IMG/VR virus record: IMGVR_UViG_3300020044_004166
Location: 1 to 36,975 of that record
DNA length: 36,975 bases
From: a virus
Lineage: Duplodnaviria; Caudoviricetes
Strand: one strand, 5' to 3'
Of the stretch, positions 27,993 to 35,343 are shown piece by piece. The position numbers were made by a program, and so were the translations under genes. Position 1 is the first letter of the stretch. Each line of letters opens with the position of its first letter. The notes under the pieces were generated by a model that searched no databases, was not told where the DNA came from, and was given only the letters and a program-made list of their open reading frames with translations.

Positions 27993-28327
27993 TTTGTGTC
28001 CTTTGGTGGTTGTGGTAAAGGCTGCCAATGGGTCGGGTAATACCCGACTCCCAAACTTCCACCCATTAAAGCTTGCAGATGCCATTCGCCATTTTCATAA
28101 GCAACTATTGCATAAATCAAAAGTCTATCTTCAAAATCAGTGCGACAAGATAAGATTCTTGTTCCATCTCTAGGCGCACTTTCAATCGGTTGCCATTGCT
28201 GTTGTTGCAGTAATTCGTTGGCGTTTCGCAATGCTTCTAAAACTACTAGCCAATTACCAATAGTTGTTTGGTCTGGGGCAACTGTCTTAAATCTTACCGC
28301 AACTTCTTTAATTTCCTTTGGTGTCAT
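27989..28327 (-). CDS. DUF551-like protein
   Basis: WQPIESAPRDGTRIL...PTHWQPLPQPP. Confidence 0.8.
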   Translation of the reverse strand: MTPKEIKEVAVRFKTVAPDQTTIGNWLVVLEALRNANELLQQQQWQPIESAPRDGTRILSCRTDFEDRLLIYAIVAYENGEWHLQALMGGSLGVGYYPTHWQPLPQPPKDTK

Positions 28328-28552
28328 TTAAGCCTCGCTGTTTGGTTTTTCGCATAGCATGAATTTGGTTTTATTGCGGCTTCCCATGCGTTGCTCGGTT
28401 GTTATTACTTCTGGCAAAACATTCGCCCACCTATTCCCTTCTGTAATACTTGGCTCGAAATAATAAACAGCAAACCAGCCTTTTTTAATTACTTTTGGAA
28501 AATCAGCAATATCGTGCCATTTATAATCGTGAACTGTTTTGGGCATACTCAC
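28328..28552 (-). CDS. Hypothetical protein
   Basis: AAGGAG SD; contiguous. Confidence 0.55.
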   Translation of the reverse strand: MSMPKTVHDYKWHDIADFPKVIKKGWFAVYYFEPSITEGNRWANVLPEVITTEQRMGSRNKTKFMLCEKPNSEA

Positions 28553-29085
28553 TCCTTATCCACGCTCTGGGTTGGTTGGGTTAGTAAACCCAACATTTCA
28601 TTTGTTTTAGCATATTCGCCAAAGTATTTTAACGCCGCTTTATCGTATGCTTTTGCCGCCTCTTGAGGGCATTTATGTCCACCTAACCAAAATATCTTTC
28701 TTTCAAATGTTATTTTAGCTCTCCAATGCTTAGAATTTTTACACCAAGAAACCCCTTTATAACCAGAAGTATTCTTTTTGGTTAACTTGACATTGCATAG
28801 ATTTTGTGCGTTTGTTACTATCCTCAAATTAGACTTTCTGTTATCCAAACTATCGCCATTGATATGGTCAGTAAGCAATCCTTCGGGCGTATTCATAATA
28901 ACCCTATGCATATGCAAAGTGTATTGATTGGCATGGTTTTTAGGAAAGCACCTCCATTGAGAGCTTGTTGCATATCCCCTACTACTAAAGTACCACTTAA
29001 AACCTTTCACTTTTTCAAAGTCCTCTAAGTCAATAATGGTAAACTTATCCTTGCTTAATGGCACTAATTTATATTCTTGCTTCAT
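28549..29085 (-). CDS. HNH-AP2 homing-type endonuclease (second copy)
   Basis: LHMHRVIM, DHINGDSLDNRKSNLR, NTSGYKGVSW, AAKAYD; likely start 29085. Confidence 0.9.
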   Translation of the reverse strand: MKQEYKLVPLSKDKFTIIDLEDFEKVKGFKWYFSSRGYATSSQWRCFPKNHANQYTLHMHRVIMNTPEGLLTDHINGDSLDNRKSNLRIVTNAQNLCNVKLTKKNTSGYKGVSWCKNSKHWRAKITFERKIFWLGGHKCPQEAAKAYDKAALKYFGEYAKTNEMLGLLTQPTQSVDKE

Positions 29086-29089
29086 AACC

Positions 29090-29275
29090 CTAATTCCCCC
29101 ACCTTGCAGACTCTTTACTATCCACATAAAACGGCGCTCGCACATAGCTTGCAGCAGTTTCAAAGCTTGAGCCGTCACGTGCTTGCAAATTGAGCGTGGC
29201 AATGATGCCAATAATAATGCCAAGCCCCAATTGGGATAAGCTTTTGAATGTTAGGCCTTTGAATTTATTTTCCAT
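29090..29275 (-). CDS. Small membrane/secreted hypothetical protein
   Basis: LGLGIIIGIIATL hydrophobic segment. Confidence 0.5.
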   Translation of the reverse strand: MENKFKGLTFKSLSQLGLGIIIGIIATLNLQARDGSSFETAASYVRAPFYVDSKESARWGN

Positions 29276-29420
29276 AATAACCTATCTCCTTATATTTAAT
29301 TAAAAACTGTTGTGCCTTATAATCTGTTAGTGGGTCGAGCTTTTCAAACTCCACCATTTTGTTTAACTCACGTTTCATCTTGGCAAAACGGGTTATGATT
29401 GGGTTGCGGGTTTCTATCAT
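29265..29420 (-). CDS. Hypothetical protein
   Basis: ATGA-coupled start at 29420 (MIETRNP...). Confidence 0.5.
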   Translation of the reverse strand: MIETRNPIITRFAKMKRELNKMVEFEKLDPLTDYKAQQFLIKYKEIGYYGK

Positions 29421-29704
29421 TGCGCCCCCAACTTTTCTTCGATATGTTCCCAATTGGCATTGTCCCAAATGGCTTGTTTGAAAGAGCCAATTAATTTGGT
29501 TTTTCCAAACTGAAATTCGTCACCATCACTATCAATCACCAATACATCACCCACAATATCAAAGTCCTTAACTTCAACACCACCACGATAACCACAATCT
29601 GGCTCTGGTGGGAATATTGTAAAGTCCGTGATTTCAATTGTGCAGTTAAGTAATGCATCTTGACCAAAATAAGTTAACGGCATCTCTTCTATTTTGTATT
29701 TCAT
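29417..29704 (-). CDS. Acidic hypothetical protein
   Basis: GGAG SD; first gene after promoter at 29733-29762. Confidence 0.6.
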   Translation of the reverse strand: MKYKIEEMPLTYFGQDALLNCTIEITDFTIFPPEPDCGYRGGVEVKDFDIVGDVLVIDSDGDEFQFGKTKLIGSFKQAIWDNANWEHIEEKLGAQ

Positions 29705-29732
29705 CTAAAACTCCATGTTTTGTTGATACCTA

Positions 29733-29762
29733 AACATAACATATCAGTAGACGCATAGTCAA
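29733..29762 (-). promoter_or_regulatory. Sigma70 promoter with overlapping 17-bp operator-like site
   Basis: TTGACT, 18 bp, TGn-TATGTT; GTAGAC-N5-GTCAAC at 29747-29763. Confidence 0.6.
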
Positions 29763-29782
29763 CCAATTAAATACACAAACAA

Positions 29783-29998
29783 TCAATTTCTTTTACCTTG
29801 TTGCATTTTTACCATAGCCACGATTTCACTATCTGAAAGGTGCAGAATATCACACCAACTGGCAAAGTTGCTAAAGCCAAGCGTGCGTCTATCGGCCTCG
29901 AAGTGGCAAATGAGGCCTTTGGTTACTCCAAGCTGCCTAGCTAGCTCTGCTTGCGTTAGTTTGGCACGGGTGCGGTAGTAGCGGGGTGAATGGGTCAT
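29783..29998 (-). CDS. XRE-family HTH transcriptional regulator
   Basis: RTRAKLTQAELARQLGVTKGLICHFEADRR. Confidence 0.88.
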   Translation of the reverse strand: MTHSPRYYRTRAKLTQAELARQLGVTKGLICHFEADRRTLGFSNFASWCDILHLSDSEIVAMVKMQQGKRN

Positions 29999-30052
29999 AT
30001 ACTCCCCACCGAATCAATGCGAAAATTGTTTGTCATTTTGTGTCCTTGTTTA

Positions 30053-30310
30053 TTATCTTTCACCAATCATAATATCTACCAAGCCAAAGACGCACCAATT
30101 CTCTTTTTGTTGGTAGGTGCTAACATAGCTTATAGTTGCTTCAATGTGATTCATGCCAATTGTTGCCAGCCCATTGCTATTGACACATTCCATAATAACT
30201 AAATCGCCTTTTTGATAGCCCCTATCATTATAACGAATCTCGAAAGTTTTATCTCCGTTGATTACCGCATCATAATAAGGTCGTTCAATTTTTATGTTGT
30301 GGATAGCCAT
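30053..30310 (-). CDS. DUF3850/ASCH-domain protein
   Basis: HNIKI...YYDAVINGDKTFEIRYNDRGYQKGD; start 30310 with GAGGTG SD. Confidence 0.85.
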   Translation of the reverse strand: MAIHNIKIERPYYDAVINGDKTFEIRYNDRGYQKGDLVIMECVNSNGLATIGMNHIEATISYVSTYQQKENWCVFGLVDIMIGER

Positions 30311-30347
30311 CTCACCTCTCCTATTTACCCCATCACAGGGGCGGTTG

Positions 30348-30854
30348 TTATTTTGTTTCCTGCATTGGTAAATCATGAACAAATCGCTCAAGGTAGCTAT
30401 AAAGCTCCTGCTCGTGCTTGGTATAATATCTCTCGTTCTCACCTTCTTGCTGCATAACATTATTAAAACTAGCTATTAACCCTTTAAGGTTTTTGTAATT
30501 ATCGTAATCTAGCCAAGTATGTCTTGCAGATTTTCCGCTATTAGAAAGAACGTCACGTGCTTTGTGACCTTTATCTGGGAATGGTATGCCACGGTTATTC
30601 AAATCATTCTCATCATCCAACGGCGTTTTATATCTGGCTTCCAAAGCATAAAACTCTAAAGCTTCTTGGTATCTATGAAGCTCAGAGATATAGAAATACA
30701 AAGATGTCTCGGTTTTATCTAGCCGATAAGCCAACTCGTTTCTTGGCAGTTGATTTTCACGAGCTTTTAAATCAAGAATAAGGTTAATAACTTCTTCTTG
30801 ACTCAGGCTTTCTGATTGTTCCAGATATTCGATTATATTACTTAAACTTTTCAT
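30348..30854 (-). CDS. Hypothetical protein
   Basis: EALEFYA...DKGHKARDVL motif; likely start 30854. Confidence 0.6.
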   Translation of the reverse strand: MKSLSNIIEYLEQSESLSQEEVINLILDLKARENQLPRNELAYRLDKTETSLYFYISELHRYQEALEFYALEARYKTPLDDENDLNNRGIPFPDKGHKARDVLSNSGKSARHTWLDYDNYKNLKGLIASFNNVMQQEGENERYYTKHEQELYSYLERFVHDLPMQETK

Positions 30855-30859
30855 TTGCT

Positions 30860-31552
30860 TTACCCTAATTTTCTGGCTAATTTCTGGCATTCAATAATGT
30901 GCATTCTATTTGAGTCCGATGCTTTAATTTTAGCTATGTAACTAGCCAAAACATATCGCAGCAAATCTATTTCTGATGGTGTTAAATTCATATCTCTCCT
31001 ATCCTTTATTCGGTTAAATGCCCTTGTAGGGGCGGGGGTTGCTTTACTTTCTGCTATTCTTTTCGTGCATTCACCATCAGGAACGTGTGTAAAGTTATTA
31101 ACTATAAACCAAACTGTGCCATGAACTACGCCATATTCTTTTGCTAAATCATATTCAGACTCGCCACTCAACGCCCTTTGCCTAATAACTTGAGCGTCAT
31201 CAAAGCTAATCTTATTTGTAGACTTTTTTCTAGATTTTGCAGCTATAGTTACCCAATGACAATTTTCTGGGCAATAATTACCATTATTATCAATCCTATC
31301 AATAGACAGCCCTGCTTCCCAGCCGCTTTGCAACGCCCATGCTAAGAATTTATCACCATCTAGCCAATCATCGCATACGCTAATACCACGCCCGCCATAC
31401 CTATGATATTTAGGGTGCTTAGGATTCCCACATACTTGCCTCATTCTAACCCAAGCGTTTTTAATAGGCGCAATAGGACTATTTGGAACAGCCCACCCAC
31501 GCCTATAGTTTGGATTACCTTCACCTAAATTTTTGCTATAATCATATGTCAT
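30860..31552 (-). CDS. HNH-like homing endonuclease with C-terminal HTH, in-frame with a 43-aa downstream ORF
   Basis: W..MRQ.C.NP....Y..YGGRGISVCDDW...SIDRIDNNGNYCPENCHW; DLAKEYGVVHGTVWFI HTH. Confidence 0.8.
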   Translation of the reverse strand: MTYDYSKNLGEGNPNYRRGWAVPNSPIAPIKNAWVRMRQVCGNPKHPKYHRYGGRGISVCDDWLDGDKFLAWALQSGWEAGLSIDRIDNNGNYCPENCHWVTIAAKSRKKSTNKISFDDAQVIRQRALSGESEYDLAKEYGVVHGTVWFIVNNFTHVPDGECTKRIAESKATPAPTRAFNRIKDRRDMNLTPSEIDLLRYVLASYIAKIKASDSNRMHIIECQKLARKLG

Positions 31553-31558
31553 GCAGGT

Positions 31559-31586
31559 ATACTATCATAGGTACGTTATCAGTCAA
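31559..31586 (-). promoter_or_regulatory. Promoter giving a predicted leaderless mRNA for 30860-31552
   Basis: TTGACT, 16 bp, TGn-TAGTAT, 6 nt, then ATG. Confidence 0.55.
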
Positions 31587-31620
31587 GCCTTTAATTTATA
31601 TTCCGCTAAAGGCTAAGCGG

Positions 31621-31893
31621 TTAATTAAAAGGTATGCTATCTCCGTCTAAATCTGGCACGTAAGCATTTTGCTTTGCAGTATCGTGCGTAGTTGGTTTAG
31701 CCTCAAAATTATCCAGCTTGCCAACATATCCATAGCCTTCTTTTTCCTTATCACGCCAGATAGGGTATTTAAATTTGCTATCCTTATTCTCTTTATCTAC
31801 CAGCACAAGGTTGCATATTGGTGCATTTGGCTTGTCGTTAATATATACGTTTAGCCAGTATTTTTCTTTCAATGTTTCTAGTGGGTCTTTCAT
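31621..31893 (-). CDS. Putative single-stranded DNA-binding protein
   Basis: Acidic SSB-type tail DLDGDSIPF; in recombination module. Confidence 0.6.
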   Translation of the reverse strand: MKDPLETLKEKYWLNVYINDKPNAPICNLVLVDKENKDSKFKYPIWRDKEKEGYGYVGKLDNFEAKPTTHDTAKQNAYVPDLDGDSIPFN

Positions 31894-32066
31894 TATTTAC
31901 CTTCCTTTGTTGAGTTATAATCTTGAATCATGGAATCTGCCCATAAAATCTGTTGTAGCAACGAATAACTTTCGTCGTCGTTTACTCGCTTTTCTATAAA
32001 GGCTTCACACGCCCCTAATGTGCCATGTGCCGCTTCCAAAGCTTCTTCTATTGTTGGTTTTCTCAT
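31893..32066 (-). CDS. 57-aa hypothetical protein
   Basis: MRKPTIEEALEAAHGTLGACEAF...; TAATG coupling to 31893; read by hand. Confidence 0.55.
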   Translation of the reverse strand: MRKPTIEEALEAAHGTLGACEAFIEKRVNDDESYSLLQQILWADSMIQDYNSTKEGK

Positions 32067-32067
32067 A

Positions 32068-32724
32068 TTAATACCCCATTCTTTTTGCTAGTTTCCAAGT
32101 CAATTCACAATCTTGCTGGCAATATACGCTAATCTTTTCTTGCCCCTCTGGTGTTTTCATCAACTCAGGAATTTCTCTAAAATCAAATTCAGCTTTCTTG
32201 TCGCCAAGTATAAATCTTGCAAGTGTGTCTAGGCTTTCGTACTCACCATAATTGCAAAACTCAGCCATTAAATCAATATGCTTTGCCGATTTAAAACGCT
32301 CTGTATATTCTTTCATAACTGGTATAGTTGCCCAGCTACAGCCTAGAATAATACCACGCTTGAATAGAAACGGAATATCAAAATTCTTACCATTGAACGT
32401 GATTAGCTGCTTGTATTGAATAATCTGCCAGAACATTTCTAGTGCCGCCTTCTCATTATCCCCACCAAATAGAATTGATTGCCCAGCCTCGCTATGCAAG
32501 CCAATACAAGCAATAGTGCCAGTTAGGGGGCTAAGTGCCATTTTCTCAACTTGCTTTTCCCTGCCCTCTGATTTTGCCAACGCAATTAATTCAGGATTGC
32601 GTAAACGTGAGTCAATTTTAGGCTCTGGTAGCAATTCCAAAACAGCGTCATTTGGCATAGTTTCAATATCAACTACTAGCTGGATTGAGTCTTTGTATAA
32701 TCTTGTATATTCTTCAGTTTGCAT
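32068..32724 (-). CDS. DnaQ/PolB-type 3'-5' exonuclease
   Basis: ExoI DIET, ExoII TFNGKNFDIPFL, ExoIII YCQQD. Confidence 0.88.
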   Translation of the reverse strand: MQTEEYTRLYKDSIQLVVDIETMPNDAVLELLPEPKIDSRLRNPELIALAKSEGREKQVEKMALSPLTGTIACIGLHSEAGQSILFGGDNEKAALEMFWQIIQYKQLITFNGKNFDIPFLFKRGIILGCSWATIPVMKEYTERFKSAKHIDLMAEFCNYGEYESLDTLARFILGDKKAEFDFREIPELMKTPEGQEKISVYCQQDCELTWKLAKRMGY

Positions 32725-33058
32725 AATCTTTTCCTATTGTTAATTCTTCTAGTAGAGGCTCATTTGGTGGTGGTAAATCTAATCCATGTTTTTGCAGGAA
32801 AAAAACTCTCAATTCCAACATATAGGCTTCCATTTCGTCAGTTTTATTCTTTGTTGTAGTTTTTCCTTTGTTAAATCTCATCTTAAACAACTCATGCACA
32901 AATTCAGGCGTTGCATCTGCTTTTACTGCGTCTAAGATGTCTAGCAGGAAAGCCCCTTCGTTCTTTTTGTAGAACTCCAAAGCTTCCGCTACTATCACGC
33001 CCCAGTAGTATTTATTCTGCTTGAGGCTGCGTAATTTGCTGCTTTCTTTGTTTTCCAT
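32714..33058 (-). CDS. NinB/Orf-like recombination protein
   Basis: RSLKQNKYYWG, VHELFK, TTKNKTDEM. Confidence 0.7.
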   Translation of the reverse strand: MENKESSKLRSLKQNKYYWGVIVAEALEFYKKNEGAFLLDILDAVKADATPEFVHELFKMRFNKGKTTTKNKTDEMEAYMLELRVFFLQKHGLDLPPPNEPLLEELTIGKDYAN

Positions 33059-33620
33059 ATTCTACCAAGCTGTTATAAAGTTGTTCGCTGTTAGCTTTTA
33101 GTTTTGCAATATCTGCGCTTCTAACTTTCCAGTTAGAGTCCATAGCTTCCTCAGTTTGAGCTTTTTGCACAACGTTTTCTAGCAAGTCTTTAAATAGCGC
33201 ATTTACATCAACTGGCTTTTTAACTGGTTCGGCTTTTTGTGTAGCATTGCCGTCATCATCTTCGGCAGCAAGGTTTAGCAAAGATTGAATGTTGTATCTG
33301 CGAGCATAAGTTACACTTGAGCCTATTTCTTGCGGCTTGCTTCCAAATACAGGAAACACGCTAACAATCTTTTCGTCAGAATCTTTATGCTCTAAAGTAG
33401 TTTCTAATACTAAGCTGGCTTCGTGGTATTTGGTTACTGAAGTAATCAGCAAACCTTCTTTTGCCATTTCAGCTTCAACAGCTCCAAGTATGCTAGATAA
33501 ATCGGCATATTTAGATTTATAGAATGGGTTGTCTTTATCCTTTAGAATAGCAATATCTTTCTTTTTAAACTCGCATATTGCGGTTTTCAAAGTGGTGTTT
33601 TTTTCAGTTTCTTTTGTCAT
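33012..33620 (-). CDS. erf: ERF-family single-strand annealing protein
   Basis: NPFYKSKYADL...PQEIGSSVTYARRY...EDDDG. Confidence 0.93.
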   Translation of the reverse strand: MTKETEKNTTLKTAICEFKKKDIAILKDKDNPFYKSKYADLSSILGAVEAEMAKEGLLITSVTKYHEASLVLETTLEHKDSDEKIVSVFPVFGSKPQEIGSSVTYARRYNIQSLLNLAAEDDDGNATQKAEPVKKPVDVNALFKDLLENVVQKAQTEEAMDSNWKVRSADIAKLKANSEQLYNSLVEYGKQRKQQITQPQAE

Positions 33621-33643
33621 ATCTCTCCTTATGTTGTAAACTC

Positions 33644-33672
33644 ATAGTAGACAGATTTAAATAACATTGCAA
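33644..33672 (-). promoter_or_regulatory. Leftward early promoter (pL-like) with overlapping operator-like site
   Basis: TTGCAA, 17 bp, TACTAT; GTAAAC-N5-GTAGAC at 33636-33652. Confidence 0.7.
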
Positions 33673-33723
33673 GAACTATTTTTATATATTGTAATTTATT
33701 TGTTTACATGCTATATATTGATT

Positions 33724-33897
33724 ATGAAATACATTGATAAATTAAAAGACAAGGGTATAACCCCACCAGTTCTAGCGGCTTCGCTAGGAGTAACCCGCCA
33801 ATATGGCTACAAGATGTTCAGAAAAAGCCCTAGCGACTCTATGAAGAAAGCTATTATGGAAACTTATAAATTCATTAAACCTGCGGATTTCTTTTGA
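33724..33897 (+). CDS. Cro-like HTH protein
   Basis: ITPPVLAASLGVTRQYGYK; divergent from erf; no SD, possibly leaderless. Confidence 0.7.
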   Translation: MKYIDKLKDKGITPPVLAASLGVTRQYGYKMFRKSPSDSMKKAIMETYKFIKPADFF

Positions 33898-34256
33898 TAG
33901 TATTGCCATTACCCCCTAGTGTGAATAGTTTGTATGGCGGCGGTTCTGGACAGCGCAGGTTTAAAAGTAAGAAATATAAAGCATGGACATTGGCAGCGCA
34001 AGAAATAGTGAAGCAAAACTATAAAGAAACGCAGCCGCTTTTTGTTGAGCCAGTCAACTTGACATATACTTACTACTTCCCCGATAAACGTAGCCGTGAT
34101 TGTGAAAATTACGTTAAAGCCGTTAGCGACTTTCTAGTGAATGAATGTTTTTTGTTAGACGATGATTGCTTCCATGTGCCAAAACTCACAATTATATTTG
34201 GCGGAATAGATAAAATTAGCCGAGTTGAGATAAAAATTGAAAAAGCCAGCAACTAA
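33894..34256 (+). CDS. rusA: RusA Holliday-junction resolvase
   Basis: LPLPPSVN...PDKRSRDCENYVKAVSD...DDD. Confidence 0.9.
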   Translation: MIVLPLPPSVNSLYGGGSGQRRFKSKKYKAWTLAAQEIVKQNYKETQPLFVEPVNLTYTYYFPDKRSRDCENYVKAVSDFLVNECFLLDDDCFHVPKLTIIFGGIDKISRVEIKIEKASN

Positions 34257-34539
34257 AGCAGAAAAAGAATACATGAGCCGAGTAGCCTCTATAGGCTGCA
34301 TTGTTTGCCTTAATAACGGCTTCCCTGATACCCCCTGTTGCTTACACCATATAAGAACTGGCTACGGCAGAGGACAACGTGCTAATCATTACGAAGTCTT
34401 GCCGCTTTGCGCTATTCACCACCAATATGGCGGACATGGAGAAATTGCTTATCACCAATCACCCACAGAGTTTGAAGCTAGATATGGCACAGAATTAGAA
34501 CTATTGGAGCAGGTGCGTAACATTTTGGGCACAGAGTAA
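34237..34539 (+). CDS. Ref-like (RecA-dependent nuclease) Zn-binding HNH protein
   Basis: GCIVC...LHHIRTG.G.GQRA.HYEVLPLC..HH...FEARYGTELELL. Confidence 0.8.
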   Translation: MKKPATKAEKEYMSRVASIGCIVCLNNGFPDTPCCLHHIRTGYGRGQRANHYEVLPLCAIHHQYGGHGEIAYHQSPTEFEARYGTELELLEQVRNILGTE

Positions 34540-34576
34540 ATATTTATGCAATATTTATATTTTAGTGTGCATTTTC

Positions 34577-34605
34577 TTGTTGCAAATTTATAATCGTGAT
34601 ATAAT
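34577..34605 (+). promoter_or_regulatory. Promoter of the replication operon
   Basis: TTGTTG, 17 bp, TGa-TATAAT (34600-34605). Confidence 0.7.
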
Positions 34606-34612
34606 CTGGGTA

Positions 34613-34674
34613 GTGCGGGCTAAGTCTTTGGTTGCTCTTAGATTATGGCTCTTGTAGGTTCTCGCCGCCCGCAC
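34613..34674 (+). ncRNA. C4/CI-like cloverleaf antisense RNA element
   Basis: GTGCGGGC/GCCCGCAC closing stem with two inner stem-loops complementary to 34684-34705. Confidence 0.65.
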
Positions 34675-34704
34675 ATTTCTCACAGAACCTAAGAGGAACT
34701 TACA

Positions 34705-35343
34705 ATGGAAAAGCTATATATTGCTGGCTGGCAAGAACACCAAACTTTTAGAAAAGATAGAGGCACGCCGCCTTGGATTAAACTTCACAGAAATCTATTT
34801 ATGAAACAAAAATGGGTTGCTCTTTCCGATGCGGAAAAAGGGCATCTTATTTCCATGTGGATTCTAGCAGCAGATGATGACGGGAAGATTCCAGCAGATG
34901 CGAAGGTTTTACGCAAGTTATGCCAGCTTGATGACGTGCCTAACATTAAAAAATTTATTGAGTTACAATGGCTTAGTTGCGATGACAACCAGATGGCAAC
35001 CACTTGTCAACCAGATGACAACCAAATGACACCCCAGAGAAGAGAAGAAGAGAGAAGAGAAGAAAAGAAAAAGACTGTTTATCCTGATTGGTTAGACCAG
35101 AAAGCTTGGCAGGAATTTAAGGATTATAGAAAGAGTAAAAAAAGCCCGTTGAATGACCTTGCCGAAACTAAAGCAATTAATGCGCTAAAGAAGTTGGTTG
35201 ACGAAGGTTATAACCAAGCAGAGGTTATAGATAATATTATTGTTAGTAGCTGGACTGGCATTTACCCACCAAGCAAGAATAACAAACCTATGCAGCAACT
35301 TGCTGGAAAAAAACAACTTAAAAACATTATGGACACCCTATGA
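34705..35343 (+). CDS. Replication initiator (lambda O-like)
   Basis: PPWIKLHR N-domain; WQEFKDYRK...WTGIY C-domain; internal iterons; followed by DnaB. Confidence 0.85.
   Translation: MEKLYIAGWQEHQTFRKDRGTPPWIKLHRNLFMKQKWVALSDAEKGHLISMWILAADDDGKIPADAKVLRKLCQLDDVPNIKKFIELQWLSCDDNQMATTCQPDDNQMTPQRREEERREEKKKTVYPDWLDQKAWQEFKDYRKSKKSPLNDLAETKAINALKKLVDEGYNQAEVIDNIIVSSWTGIYPPSKNNKPMQQLAGKKQLKNIMDTL
34981..35074 (+). repeat. Probable replication origin: five tandem 11-bp iterons plus purine-rich tract
   Basis: gatgacaacca / gatggcaacca / cttgtcaacca / gatgacaacca / aatgacacccc, then an all-purine run from 35036. Confidence 0.75.

Noticed and set aside
34981-35035. CRISPR or guide array
   Set aside because: Repeats are contiguous with no spacers and lie within a CDS; better explained as iterons.
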